In this document: positions 33,052 to 46,423 of the stretch, in pieces | Numbering within the stretch: position 1 is the stretch's first letter | Layout of the letters: every line of letters starts with the position of its first letter | Source of the DNA: a virus | DNA: 63,965 nucleotides | Strand: one strand, 5' to 3' | UHGV virus genome: UHGV-0122909 | Program-made: the position numbers and the translations under genes | The notes under the pieces: generated by a model | Database searches by the model: none | Seen by the model: the letters and a program-made list of their open reading frames with translations, nothing else | What the model was told of the DNA's origin: nothing

Positions 33052-33720
33052 GTGGCTTTTCTTTTTTGTAGGGGCGCTATGGATAAGAAAATATGCGTTG
33101 TTTCGATGAGCGTCGGCAAACCGGCGTCAATGACTGCTGCATGGATCAACAACGAGCTGATAATGGCTGAGCGGACCAGCTACCCTGAACGCCGCCGCGA
33201 TATGGAACTCCAGCTGCTGCGCGAATTGCGAGAAAAAGAGGAAAAGGGTTTTATCGTGCTGGTGGAAGAGGAAAACAGCTTTATTACTGGTCGAGTTGGC
33301 CAGCGTGTAAGGTTGCGCGATCCCTTCATGAACGGCAGGCCGGTACTAATTGAGGCAATGCAGATTTATAAGGAGCTGGAACGCCAGAAAGCAATCAAGT
33401 TACCGCGCAAGGAATCCGGCAAATACATCCTCCACCAAAGCATCTTCGATTCCGAACACGATAAAAAAGGCGATGAATTTTTCAACATCAACTGGAGCGA
33501 AATAACGACAGAGCATGTTCTGACGTTACTATGTTGCTTTGCGACGGAATACAACAACGTTGCCAGCGCCGACTACATCAGGGCAATGGCTGGAGAAGTT
33601 GAGGCACGCCAGGAACCATCGTTACTAAGCCCTCTGATTAACATAATTCGCGGCACCCAAACGCTGGCACAAAAACAGGTGCCTAAGGGAGTATTAACAG
33701 GAAAAGGAAATTATCTATAA
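33052..33720 (+). CDS. Hypothetical protein (P1 mat position)
   Basis: 222 aa ORF between ref and the accessory SIR2 gene. Real start may be the internal MDKKICVV. Confidence 0.45.
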   Translation: MAFLFCRGAMDKKICVVSMSVGKPASMTAAWINNELIMAERTSYPERRRDMELQLLRELREKEEKGFIVLVEEENSFITGRVGQRVRLRDPFMNGRPVLIEAMQIYKELERQKAIKLPRKESGKYILHQSIFDSEHDKKGDEFFNINWSEITTEHVLTLLCCFATEYNNVASADYIRAMAGEVEARQEPSLLSPLINIIRGTQTLAQKQVPKGVLTGKGNYL

Positions 33721-33776
33721 ACGTCAATGCATTAGGGTATACTTCTCCGTAGAACTATAAGTAAATGGAGTAAGTA

Positions 33777-35081
33777 ATGAGCGAGTATATAGAAATTGCC
33801 TATGCAGCGGCTACACATAGGCTGTGCTTTCTTACAGGCACTGGATTTTCAAAGGCTGTTTCTGATGATAAAGCCCCAAGTTGGCAATCTTTATTGGAGC
33901 AACTGTGCGGTTTATTGAAGGATGGTGACTCACTCAAAGAGGAATTATTTCCTGATGGAAAAGCAAAAGACCTTAGCCTTGAAGAAGCTGCTCAGGTTAT
34001 TGCACTAAAACTTATACTTTCGGGGAAAAATATTTACCAAGAGATTGAGAAAATCATAGCCTCAATCGAACTTGATCCATCAATTGAATATATTCAAGAC
34101 TTTTTCAAAGAAAACACATTTAAAGTAATTACGACAAATTATGACAAGTTAGCAGAAAAGCTGGCTGGAGAGAATCGAACTTGTACAATCACCCCCGGCC
34201 TGCCAATTCCAAAATATAATTGTGAGGTTAAAGTCTACCATGTTCACGGTTCTATAGACTCCCCATCAGACATGGTTGTTACTAGCGAGGATTATTTCAG
34301 ATTTATAAATGGTAATTCTTACTTTTCTAATAAACTAAGCACAGTTCTACATGAAAACACTATTGTTATCCTTGGCTATTCTCTAAGTGACGCGAACCTA
34401 AAGGCTATTATAAATGAATATAAGGTATTTTCACGGGACAACGTAATGTCCTCCAATATTTTCCTTGTTTCCCGAGGGGAACTATTGCAACCTATTAAAG
34501 ATTACTATTTTTCCTGCTATGGGGTTAGGGTTATAGATAAAACAGAGGTATCTGATTTCTTTAGAAAACTTAACGATAAAATTCCAGAAGCAAAAAAAAT
34601 AAAAGACAAATTGAGGCACTCAATCAAATCGGTAATAAAAAACGGAAGAGAGTATAAAATAGAGTTCTTGAAGCTAGAGGATTCTTTTTATCATATCATT
34701 TCCTCCATTTCATCATCTGGATATAGCTGGAATAATGAAAATGTATTAAATGTTTTTTGTAATATAATAGATAAAAAAATAGAGCTTACTAAAAAGCCTG
34801 GCGCATGGGAGCAGTATGAACACCTGGCAAAATGGCTTATTTATTTCGGTAGTTTATTTGAAGTAAAAGGAACCAATTTTGAGAAAAAATACATACATGC
34901 GGTTGAACACTCAATGACTTATATGAATAAACCTTACGAAACAGGCTACTCATGGCGAGCATATCTAGCCTGGAAAACAAAATGGCCTTCACTGACAGCA
35001 TCTAACCGCTCTCTTATTAAGAATGAGATGGAAGATATCCCGCTACAACAGATTCACGATATTGTATCTAAGTTTATATAG
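33777..35081 (+). CDS. SIR2-family (SIR2_2-type) protein, candidate NAD+-depleting defense effector
   Basis: 434 aa. N-terminal SIR2 motifs in canonical order: FLTGTGFSKA (GxG loop), VITTNYDKLAE (catalytic Asn), VYHVHGSI (catalytic His), ILGYSLSD. C-terminal ~200 aa helical region of unknown type. Visibly AT-rich. Occupies the res/mod position of P1. Confidence 0.8.
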   Translation: MSEYIEIAYAAATHRLCFLTGTGFSKAVSDDKAPSWQSLLEQLCGLLKDGDSLKEELFPDGKAKDLSLEEAAQVIALKLILSGKNIYQEIEKIIASIELDPSIEYIQDFFKENTFKVITTNYDKLAEKLAGENRTCTITPGLPIPKYNCEVKVYHVHGSIDSPSDMVVTSEDYFRFINGNSYFSNKLSTVLHENTIVILGYSLSDANLKAIINEYKVFSRDNVMSSNIFLVSRGELLQPIKDYYFSCYGVRVIDKTEVSDFFRKLNDKIPEAKKIKDKLRHSIKSVIKNGREYKIEFLKLEDSFYHIISSISSSGYSWNNENVLNVFCNIIDKKIELTKKPGAWEQYEHLAKWLIYFGSLFEVKGTNFEKKYIHAVEHSMTYMNKPYETGYSWRAYLAWKTKWPSLTASNRSLIKNEMEDIPLQQIHDIVSKFI

Positions 35082-35122
35082 TATATTTATCTCCGGCCTA
35101 ATCTCCCTAGGCCGGAGAGTTC

Positions 35123-35371
35123 TTAATCAGCATTCAGGAGCAATGCGTTATCTATGATGATCTGCTCCCATTCTTCGAATGCCCGATCGCGGACGCCCTG
35201 GGGAACACTGTTAGTTTTGAAATCGACGACCGTACGCCATTTCCCGTCCGGACGGTACATGCGCAGAGCTTTACTTCCCCCTTCCCTGCGCACCTCAACG
35301 TTATGCTTGTCAGCAAACTCTTGTAATGCTCGTAGCGTCCCATGCTTTACTGTGTAGTATCGCTTTTTCAA
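35123..35371 (-). CDS. Small hypothetical protein (lxc position)
   Basis: 82 aa ORF downstream of the darB operon, overlapping the upstream gene by 4 nt. Confidence 0.4.
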   Translation of the reverse strand: MKKRYYTVKHGTLRALQEFADKHNVEVRREGGSKALRMYRPDGKWRTVVDFKTNSVPQGVRDRAFEEWEQIIIDNALLLNAD

Positions 35372-35808
35372 GTTTTCTCTCCAGCCTGTGCCAAGGCTTC
35401 AACTTCCAAATCGTAAGACTCAAACTCATAGTCCTGGTCGTCAACTTCTTCAGGCACTGGCAGTAAATGCCAGGCTGAGTATATCTGACCATTATCAAAA
35501 CGCTCATGGCTGTAGAGCGTCGCGGCTATGAGTGTTAGCGCCGGGCGGTCATAACGGTAAAATTTGCGAACGTCACGGTCAACGAGACGACCGAAATTAC
35601 CATAACCGCGCTCCAGTAATAATTTTTTAATTTCCGGCCAGTATGGGCCATAGCTGCGGTACAGGCGGGGATTTTTCAGTAATCGCCCGCGTAGCCCTGA
35701 CAGGAAGAAATCAACGTATTCGTCTTCTGTCTTTCCTAACAATGCCGTACGCAGTACCGCCTCAAGATATGTTTTATTCGGTTTTATTGTATCAGATAGT
35801 GTGGCCAT
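35368..35808 (-). CDS. Hypothetical protein downstream of darB (ulx position)
   Basis: 146 aa ORF co-oriented with darB. Synteny only. Confidence 0.4.
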   Translation of the reverse strand: MATLSDTIKPNKTYLEAVLRTALLGKTEDEYVDFFLSGLRGRLLKNPRLYRSYGPYWPEIKKLLLERGYGNFGRLVDRDVRKFYRYDRPALTLIAATLYSHERFDNGQIYSAWHLLPVPEEVDDQDYEFESYDLEVEALAQAGEKT

Positions 35809-35841
35809 ATTATGCGACGCCCGGCGAACCGGGCGCTCCTG

Positions 35842-38800
35842 TTATGCGTATTGTTGGATGACGGCCAGAACGTCCGCCACGTTGTGTTTTGTCTCGATAA
35901 TCCACCAGTTACCCGGGAAATCGCTGTTCTTCGCCTTCGCTGGCAGCCAGCGAGCGCCGAATTTCGTCTTGATTGCGTCTTTCGCACGGAAAAGAACGCC
36001 TTTCATGCCTGAGGCTTCCTGAAGCCCAAATACCTCGCCAGCGGCGAATTTTGGTGCGTACATCATCTTCAGGTCGGCGGTGGATACGCGATAATTCAGA
36101 CCAAGAGACTGAGCTATGCTGGTGGCATCACCCTGTATTGATGATAACTCTTCTTGTTTCTCGTTTCTGGCGGCAATTTCTTCCTCCGTGATGTTGCCAA
36201 GGGCCAGGTTTATCCGATCAGCGTCGGCCTGTTTCTCTTCATCGGTGCGCCCGGCAAGAACCGTGTTAATTCTCTGCAATATCTCCACATGATTCTTGCG
36301 CATGCTGAGCAATTCCGGCGTAACCTCGTTAAGATCCACCAGCCCAAGGATGGCAAGGTCGGAAAACATTGATACCAGGTTGTAGGTCATGCGATAGCTG
36401 AGTTGGCCATAGGCTGATGGCAACTGCACCGCATCCATTTTATAGGCATCCATAAATTTAGAGCCGTCGTTTACGACATCCGCAATTGCCGGTGTGATTT
36501 TCCCTGTGGTGGCGGCCTCCCTGATTGCTGTTACCCACGATTGAGTCAGTGCGGCGACTGCATGATTCAGATTGGCTTCCCGTTCTGCTGCGATGCGCGC
36601 GCTTGCTGCGTCCATTGCCTGCTTGATCTCGGCTTTATTGCTGTAAATGCCAATGGTGCCAAACTGTGCTGTGGTGATCTCATAATCTGACGCCCGGAAC
36701 TCATGGGTACCGAAAATGGCATTGGTGACCTCAAGTTCAGAATCCCCGTTACGAGTAGCCCCCTGGCTTGTTTTCTCCGGCATTCTGGCGATCGCATCCG
36801 CTATTTTCTCCTGAATTGCTTCAGGGGATAGCGTATCTCCATATGACGCGATTACATCGCCATAATTGGAGCCAAACAGTTCAGTCAGGAATACTTCTGC
36901 CAAACGGACCTGGCGGTTATTCCCTTCAGACATCATACCAAGCACCCATTTTGCAATTGACGACTTCAGCGCGCCGTCACGGCGATCCGGGTAAACCGCA
37001 TGCTTCAGTGGGTCCGTATAGGTACCAACAAAATCAATGCTATAGCCTGACTCTGTAGTCTGAACGCCGTATGAGTCAGTGATTTTGATCATGCCGCGCT
37101 GCTGGAAACGGTAGAAATCGTCACAGGAAATGATGTCGTTAATCCCGGCGATGGAGACGCCACCACTGATTTTCTGCATAACAGCATCTTCATCGGGAGT
37201 TACATCCACCTGTTTATCCAGCGTCTTCACATCCCAGTTACCCGATTTGGTGCCTTTGAAGGTAAAGATGATCTCCACGTCTGCGCGCTGGCTGTCGAAG
37301 TCCAGCGACTTAATGCGAACGATATCACCGGCACAATCGTAGTATTGGCCTACACGCCATGAGCGATCGCCGATAACAAGGAACTCACTCGCATGGTTAA
37401 CCAGGTCAGGATCAACATCCAGAATGCCTTTATTTATTGCATCCTCCACCAGCGGGCGCAGGCGTTTGATATCCGTCGCGGCCTTCTGAGTACGGTTCAA
37501 TAATTTCTCATAGCGGGAAATGGCCTGAGAGATATTAGCCTTGCGCTGAATGGCGCTTTTCAACGACGCGCGATACTGTGCTAACAACATACGGTCTGTG
37601 TGATGGACGCTACCCCAGCGGGCTTTCCAGTCTGCGTTATCAGCTGCTTTGGCCATTACCGCCTGTTTGAATTTGGCGACGTCGGCGGTGGTCTTTTCAA
37701 GTTCCGCTTTGCTTCGCTCCAATTCAGCGGTAAGTACCTCCACATCCTCACCAGCTGCGTGCTGCGCCTTGATGTAGTTCTGAAGGTCGATAGTAGCCTG
37801 TTCTTTCTGGCGAGCGCGTTTCGCAGCTTTCGCCTTATCCATTTGAACCTGCATCATTACCAGACGTTCGCCGTCATCCTTCGCGGTATACATCTGCATT
37901 TCGATCATGTCATTGGCGTCGGCGTTCTCCATTTCTGACTTATCTGAACGGAGGATATCGGAGATCCAGCCTGCTTTACGCTTCAGCGTCTTCAGTCGGT
38001 ATTCATCGAAAGAACCTTTGCCGCAGTAGTAGTGAACGCGTACGCTTGCACGGTTGGAGCCAACTCGGGCACCGCGACCGTTACGCTGTGCGATACTGGC
38101 TGGTGTCCATGGCAACGTCAGATGATGGATGTCAGTCGTTCCTCGATGCAGGTTGATACCCACCTCTGCCTTTTTGTTGCAGATGATGATCGGGGTCCGG
38201 CCCTCCTGGAAGTCGGCAGCAATCTTTTCCAGACCGCCCAACGACATTTCATTTTGCTGCGCGATATAGGCGTCATACAGAGCCATTTGCTCGTTGTATT
38301 TCGCTATCTGTGCATCTGTTGGTTCATCCGGTAACTCTTTCGGCGGTTTAACCGCTTTCAGTTTCTTACCGGTTTTACCTGCCTCGGCAACCGTCTGAGC
38401 ATTCAGGATCCCTACCTTTGAAGGTTCAAGGTTAAGAGCATTGCAGATAATGCGTTTGAGCTTCTGGTGCTGCGTTTTTTCGTCGGTGAAGATGATTTGC
38501 TTCCCTTCCGGGAAAAACTCCTTCAGCGTGGCGATCAGCTTCGCGTATTTCGGCGTAACGGGGTGAGTTACGGTCTGTTCGTCAATGCCAAACCTGGCCA
38601 GGCGCTTATTCACTTCCTGCTCGAACGCTTCCGGAACCTGCAACTGAATAAACTCGCCCTTATCTATCAGGGAGTATTGCGATTGCTGCGTGATTGAATC
38701 ATCACTGTCGTCGTCTTCGCTGGTGGCTTGTTTAGGCAAACTGTCCGCCAGCTGCTGCACCGCATCGGCGTACTCCGGCAGGAAACGATAGGTGATCCGG

Positions 38801-41800
38801 CGATAGTACAGGTCCATGTCAGTACATACGCGGTCCATATCCCTGATTATTGAGAAGATCGGACGGGCTTTCTCGTGCTCAATCACGCCGTCTTCATTGA
38901 CCGAGGTCGTTACGCCATTGTTGGCTTTTGCTGCCGCTTCCGCCTGCTGACGTAATTCTTCATACGCCGCCAGTTGTTCTTCAGTAAGTGGTGCATCCTG
39001 CTGGTGCTCGTCCAGTTCCGGGATCTCCACGGTATCCTTAACGTCTTCCGCCGTTTTAAGCGTTGTCCAGCGATGGAATATGCCGCGCAGCGCATCAAGG
39101 TTTTCAAAGCCCACCAGCGCCATTTTTTCTTCAACTTCACCGCTGATTTTCTGTACCGTTTCCAGCCTGGTCTTGCCGAAGAATTTAACGAAGTCATCAG
39201 GACCGTAGATCCCCATCTTCTGCCAGTATTCCTTCGGCAGCACATGAGAAAGCATGTTGTATGCATCGATCGGGGTGTTAACGACTGGCGTTGCAGTCAG
39301 GAGAACCGGTCCGCGCCCACCATTCTTTTTCATCAGGTACGCGTTTTTAATTGCCATATCCCGCGCCGATTGCGCCACCGCGCTGGTGGGCAGATAGGCC
39401 AGTTGTGACGCTTCGCGACCATTTTTATAGCTATTGCGGTAGTTGTGACCTTCGTCAGCGATCACACTATCGAAGCCCATATCCTCAAAGTACGGATACT
39501 TCTCTGCTTTTTCGGTGCCGGTATCTGAATACTCCGACAATACCCGGCGACGCGCGGCCTCTTTGCGGTGGGAGTCGGAGTCCATTGCGCTGGCTACGCG
39601 CCCGGCGGCAACGAAGTCATAAAGCATATCCTGTGCATGCTCATCTACGGTGTCATCACGTAGCGGAATGCGGGCGTATTGTTCTTTGGTAAACACGACT
39701 GCACGGTAATTTGAGTGCGGGATCGCGTTCATCCGCGCCGTGATAGTGGCTTCATCTGCCAGTTTTAGGGCATCGCGCATAACTGGAGTGCCATCAGTAC
39801 CAAGAACAGGTTTACCGTTCTCATCGAGCACCGGCACCTGGCGAATCTGATCGCCATCCATCAGCACATCAAGACCGACGAACAGGTAGTTACTGAATGC
39901 CTCTTCACTCAGGAATTCTTTTGCTTCGTAATACCAGTTTTCCAGCACTGATTTAGGCACTACATACGCAGTACGGGTGGAGCGACCGTTCTCATAGTTG
40001 AACGCCTCAAGCGCCAGCGCGGTCGTGGTTTTACCCAGCCCGGTGCCGAAGCCCAGGATGCCGCGCCCATCTTCGGACAGTCGGCGCACCTCGCTATTCT
40101 GGTAATCAAATGGCTGGCGCTTACCGCTTAATCCCTTCAACCCAAGCGGATCGCCAGAGTGTTCATACGGGATATTGCTATTGAACACATCGTTGTATTT
40201 GGCAACCAGCTCATCGTAGCGATCGTGCGTCTTGATCCACTTATTGAACTGGTCCTCAAGCAGTGCCATCTGCTCGCGGTAGCCGTTCGCCGTCGCGCTA
40301 TCTTTGCCACCGATACGCGCACCATTGAGATACTTTTCCAGCTGTGCCGGGAACCCGGTCGCGTTTTCACCTGATTTACGGTCCCACTCGTAGCGGATCT
40401 CGCCTGTTTCTTTATCCTTGCGCTGGACGACACCGTATCGGTGCCCGACGAACAGACCATCACCACCGTGATAGGTGTCAGAAACCATTTCGTCGCCTTC
40501 CAGCTGCACTGACTGCACATAGCGCAGATCCGGATAGCCGTTTTCCTGCAAAAATTCCAGAATCACGGAACGGTCGAACCAACGGCTATTGAGCTTAAAC
40601 CGGATATTCTCTGCTGGCGTCTTGATGCGCTTCTCTTCGATCGCTGCCAGCTGATTAAGGACGTTGTTCTTTACTGGACCGTCGGGGAGTGTGGCAAGGA
40701 ATTCCTGTTTTGGTGCCACTATCTCGTTAATGTCGCCGCTGGTGGCGCGGGCGAACGGAACAATCCCGCCATACGGTGAAACCGCAATGCCAGGGGTGCT
40801 GGCCAATAAATTAAGCAACTCGTCATCACTGGCTGGCAGTTCGCCGGTAAACGCAAGGCGGAAATCATCGAGCTGGATTGGATCGCGAGTGAGATCACTG
40901 TAGAGATAACGCAGGGTGTCCTGATAGCTGGTGGAGTCATAACTGGCGCTGGAATCATGCGTAACCAGTTTTCCTGTCAGCTCGTCAGAAATAGTGCCAT
41001 CCAGCTTAATTGCACCACGGAAAGCAAACCAGGCGCGCGCACCGCTCCCCGATAATTTCGCTATCGGACCGCGACCGGGGTTACCAAAACGGTCAATCTC
41101 TGCCTGCAAACGGGATACCAGAGAAAGGCGCTGCTGTTCGATTTGTTCAGCACTATGCCCGGCGGCCTTCATGTCCTGATATTCAATTAACATCCGGCCA
41201 ATCATCGCCCCGCGATACAAGCGTTCACGGTATTTTTCAGGCTGGCTGTTAATCCAGTCCACCAGCTGCACCATATCGTCGCTGATTGATGTGGTGTACT
41301 TATCGCGGACATTTGCCATCTGGGTAAATGTCATGCCGAGACGGCCTTCTGTTGTAGTCAGGTTACGCTGAAGAGCCTCCCAGCTATCCGCGCCATAACT
41401 GGCAGCATCGATCTTAAGTTCCTTCCCGGCATCAGCTTCAATCCAGCGACCACCAGCATATTTTTGCCATACACCATTAATCAGGCGCATTTCCCCTTCA
41501 CCAACAACGTCTGCGGTCGGTGACGGTTCAGCCATATCGAGCAAAGACCAGTCGATACGGCTTTCGAAACGATGAATCAGCTTCGCTTTAAGAGCCTGGT
41601 TATCAATCTGACCGTCGGCACGAACCTCAATACGCCCCTGGAAGCCCTTTTCCTGGGTGCCATGAACAAACCGGCGGCCATCCTTTTCAAACCACTTGCC
41701 AGAAATAAACGTTGGCCAAAGCACATTTGCCGATTCAAGAGTGCCTTCATCCACCAGGGGGATTTTCTCAGCCATCTCTGCCGGATGTTTGCGCATCAGC

Positions 41801-42609
41801 ACCACATCAACGACTGTACTGGTCCCGTTTGCGTCAAAAGTACCGGTAGGCAAGCGGTGAGCGCCAAGAAATTCAGCTTTCCGTGATAGGCGCAGGCGTA
41901 ACCGCTTCATGTTTGAACCTGAAACAATGGACGGCGGCACAATCACACACATGAATCCGCCAGGCTTTATCTTGTCCAGCATGCGGAGCATGAAGTAAGA
42001 ACCCATGTCCGTTTCTTCTGCGTAAGGCTTATCGATGTTGCGTGTGTTATCACGACCGCCGAACGGAACGTTACCCACAACATGGTCGAATGAATCGTTA
42101 GGCGTGCTTATAGCCAGCTGTTCGAACGGGGAAATCTGTACGCTGTCTTCCGGGTGTAACAACTGGTTTATACGACCGGAAACACTGCTGATCTCAGTCG
42201 CGGTCATCACCGTACCAACCGGTTTTGTCTCATTAAAAACGCCGGTCCCCGCCGATGGTTCCAGAGTGTTACCTACGTCCGCGCCGTAGAGCTTCATAAT
42301 CTCCCAGACACCTTCAGCGATCGGCTTTGGTGTGTAATATTCGGAGACGGACCCGCCAATGCCGCCTTCACCGGTGTACCCAGCCAGGATCTGGCGCTGT
42401 TCATCTGTCAGTGTCGCGCCGTCCACCAGCGAATTAAGCAAATCTATCGCCTTCTGATTCGCCTCCCGGCGTAGTCGGTCATAGCTTTTGCCTTCCACCT
42501 TTTCCACGCCGTATCTAATCGGCGCTCGGTGAGATGTTATTGCCCTAATGTATTTCAATATTTCGCTGACACTTGAACAGCGAAACACCCCCATAGATAT
42601 CTTGTTCAT
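35842..42609 (-). CDS. darB: DarB-like antirestriction protein (N6-adenine methyltransferase plus SF2 helicase)
   Basis: 2255 aa, the size of P1 DarB. MTase-like GNVPFGG motif, helicase motifs GFGTGLGKTTTALAL and VIADEGHNYRN. Divergent from prt. Confidence 0.85.
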   Translation of the reverse strand: MNKISMGVFRCSSVSEILKYIRAITSHRAPIRYGVEKVEGKSYDRLRREANQKAIDLLNSLVDGATLTDEQRQILAGYTGEGGIGGSVSEYYTPKPIAEGVWEIMKLYGADVGNTLEPSAGTGVFNETKPVGTVMTATEISSVSGRINQLLHPEDSVQISPFEQLAISTPNDSFDHVVGNVPFGGRDNTRNIDKPYAEETDMGSYFMLRMLDKIKPGGFMCVIVPPSIVSGSNMKRLRLRLSRKAEFLGAHRLPTGTFDANGTSTVVDVVLMRKHPAEMAEKIPLVDEGTLESANVLWPTFISGKWFEKDGRRFVHGTQEKGFQGRIEVRADGQIDNQALKAKLIHRFESRIDWSLLDMAEPSPTADVVGEGEMRLINGVWQKYAGGRWIEADAGKELKIDAASYGADSWEALQRNLTTTEGRLGMTFTQMANVRDKYTTSISDDMVQLVDWINSQPEKYRERLYRGAMIGRMLIEYQDMKAAGHSAEQIEQQRLSLVSRLQAEIDRFGNPGRGPIAKLSGSGARAWFAFRGAIKLDGTISDELTGKLVTHDSSASYDSTSYQDTLRYLYSDLTRDPIQLDDFRLAFTGELPASDDELLNLLASTPGIAVSPYGGIVPFARATSGDINEIVAPKQEFLATLPDGPVKNNVLNQLAAIEEKRIKTPAENIRFKLNSRWFDRSVILEFLQENGYPDLRYVQSVQLEGDEMVSDTYHGGDGLFVGHRYGVVQRKDKETGEIRYEWDRKSGENATGFPAQLEKYLNGARIGGKDSATANGYREQMALLEDQFNKWIKTHDRYDELVAKYNDVFNSNIPYEHSGDPLGLKGLSGKRQPFDYQNSEVRRLSEDGRGILGFGTGLGKTTTALALEAFNYENGRSTRTAYVVPKSVLENWYYEAKEFLSEEAFSNYLFVGLDVLMDGDQIRQVPVLDENGKPVLGTDGTPVMRDALKLADEATITARMNAIPHSNYRAVVFTKEQYARIPLRDDTVDEHAQDMLYDFVAAGRVASAMDSDSHRKEAARRRVLSEYSDTGTEKAEKYPYFEDMGFDSVIADEGHNYRNSYKNGREASQLAYLPTSAVAQSARDMAIKNAYLMKKNGGRGPVLLTATPVVNTPIDAYNMLSHVLPKEYWQKMGIYGPDDFVKFFGKTRLETVQKISGEVEEKMALVGFENLDALRGIFHRWTTLKTAEDVKDTVEIPELDEHQQDAPLTEEQLAAYEELRQQAEAAAKANNGVTTSVNEDGVIEHEKARPIFSIIRDMDRVCTDMDLYYRRITYRFLPEYADAVQQLADSLPKQATSEDDDSDDSITQQSQYSLIDKGEFIQLQVPEAFEQEVNKRLARFGIDEQTVTHPVTPKYAKLIATLKEFFPEGKQIIFTDEKTQHQKLKRIICNALNLEPSKVGILNAQTVAEAGKTGKKLKAVKPPKELPDEPTDAQIAKYNEQMALYDAYIAQQNEMSLGGLEKIAADFQEGRTPIIICNKKAEVGINLHRGTTDIHHLTLPWTPASIAQRNGRGARVGSNRASVRVHYYCGKGSFDEYRLKTLKRKAGWISDILRSDKSEMENADANDMIEMQMYTAKDDGERLVMMQVQMDKAKAAKRARQKEQATIDLQNYIKAQHAAGEDVEVLTAELERSKAELEKTTADVAKFKQAVMAKAADNADWKARWGSVHHTDRMLLAQYRASLKSAIQRKANISQAISRYEKLLNRTQKAATDIKRLRPLVEDAINKGILDVDPDLVNHASEFLVIGDRSWRVGQYYDCAGDIVRIKSLDFDSQRADVEIIFTFKGTKSGNWDVKTLDKQVDVTPDEDAVMQKISGGVSIAGINDIISCDDFYRFQQRGMIKITDSYGVQTTESGYSIDFVGTYTDPLKHAVYPDRRDGALKSSIAKWVLGMMSEGNNRQVRLAEVFLTELFGSNYGDVIASYGDTLSPEAIQEKIADAIARMPEKTSQGATRNGDSELEVTNAIFGTHEFRASDYEITTAQFGTIGIYSNKAEIKQAMDAASARIAAEREANLNHAVAALTQSWVTAIREAATTGKITPAIADVVNDGSKFMDAYKMDAVQLPSAYGQLSYRMTYNLVSMFSDLAILGLVDLNEVTPELLSMRKNHVEILQRINTVLAGRTDEEKQADADRINLALGNITEEEIAARNEKQEELSSIQGDATSIAQSLGLNYRVSTADLKMMYAPKFAAGEVFGLQEASGMKGVLFRAKDAIKTKFGARWLPAKAKNSDFPGNWWIIETKHNVADVLAVIQQYA

Positions 42610-42675
42610 TGGTAATCCTTAACAAGTGACTAGTGTTAAATTCCGTTCAAACACGATGCGAATTATTCTAATTAA

Positions 42676-45406
<2,731 letters not shown>

Positions 45407-45419
45407 CCATCAAAAATAA

Positions 45420-45442
45420 CCCCGGCGGCTGCCGGGGTTCTC
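45420..45442. terminator. Bidirectional terminator between pro and lyz
   Basis: CCCCGGCggctGCCGGGG with an A-run upstream and T-rich sequence downstream. Confidence 0.5.
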
Positions 45443-45697
45443 GTTAACTATTATCGCCTTCGTCTGCGTGCCATATATTTTCGCACCGCGCGACGTGGGC
45501 AATCTGAAGCGGTTTCTTTCTGCTGCATCAATCTTGCAGCCATGCTCAAAAATGTCAGGCACAGCCGAAGCCCGGCATATAATAGCGGTTCCAGTGGCCA
45601 CGTCTCATTGAGCACATATACCGCCATGAAAATCGAGTCGAAAACTATCGCCGCCAGCGATAACTTCATTGTCGAAAGTCGGCGGAGCTGCCGGAGT

Positions 45698-46255
45698 TTA
45701 TTCATTGACCAGTCCCGTCAGGCAAAGCTGGCGTTCTTTTTCACGGCGAATCTTTAAACCTCGCAGGGGCACGCCGTTACTGTTCACGAAATCAGGGAGA
45801 TGGTTACACATATTCACCCATTCTCCTTTCTGCGCCCACTTGTGGATGGACGTTTCTACTCGCATGCCTCGCGCTTTGCTGTAGTAGGTCCGTAAACTAT
45901 TGCATCCCATATTGAATGCCGCGCTTGTCATTGCGCTAAAGGCATTATCGGGCATGTCTTTGCCCCGGAAGTGCTGGTTAATACAGCGTTCAGCGATCAG
46001 GATATTCTTTTCCCAATCAGCGGCGATTTGCTGGTCGGTTTTTCGCACGCCCGGCGTTACCCCGTGTGTATTACCAATCCCGTCAGTCCATACACCCGCC
46101 GGGCACATGTATGGGTCACGTCGGCAACCTTCAGCGTTTCCGATAAGCTCAAGCCCCGCCTGGTTGGTTCGCACATTGCCATTACCCATCACGATGGTAA
46201 TCATCACCGCGATAGCGCAAATTGCACCGCCTCCTGCGGCTGTTTTTCCCTTCAT
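45698..46255 (-). CDS. lyz: SAR endolysin (T4 lysozyme-type)
   Basis: 185 aa with an N-terminal Gly/Ala-rich SAR segment (GGGAICAIAVMITIVMG) and the ELIGNAEG...DPY...T lysozyme catalytic region. Confidence 0.9.
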   Translation of the reverse strand: MKGKTAAGGGAICAIAVMITIVMGNGNVRTNQAGLELIGNAEGCRRDPYMCPAGVWTDGIGNTHGVTPGVRKTDQQIAADWEKNILIAERCINQHFRGKDMPDNAFSAMTSAAFNMGCNSLRTYYSKARGMRVETSIHKWAQKGEWVNMCNHLPDFVNSNGVPLRGLKIRREKERQLCLTGLVNE

Positions 46256-46386
46256 AAAGACCTCATAAGCGAATTTTTACGCTCCAGGACAAACACCCAT
46301 TCACAGCCAATACCGACTGACTCGATCCCTTTAGAAGACACAGGATAATGCAAATCACTTGTTAGCTACGTTTCAAAGATATACAT

Positions 46387-46403
46387 TATTGCTCTAATTA
46401 ATT
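46387..46403. promoter_or_regulatory. C1 operator-like site upstream of ssb
   Basis: ATTGCTCTAATTAATTT, about 20 bp upstream of the ssb start. Confidence 0.55.
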
Positions 46404-46423
46404 TATTTTATTAGGTAAGATAA

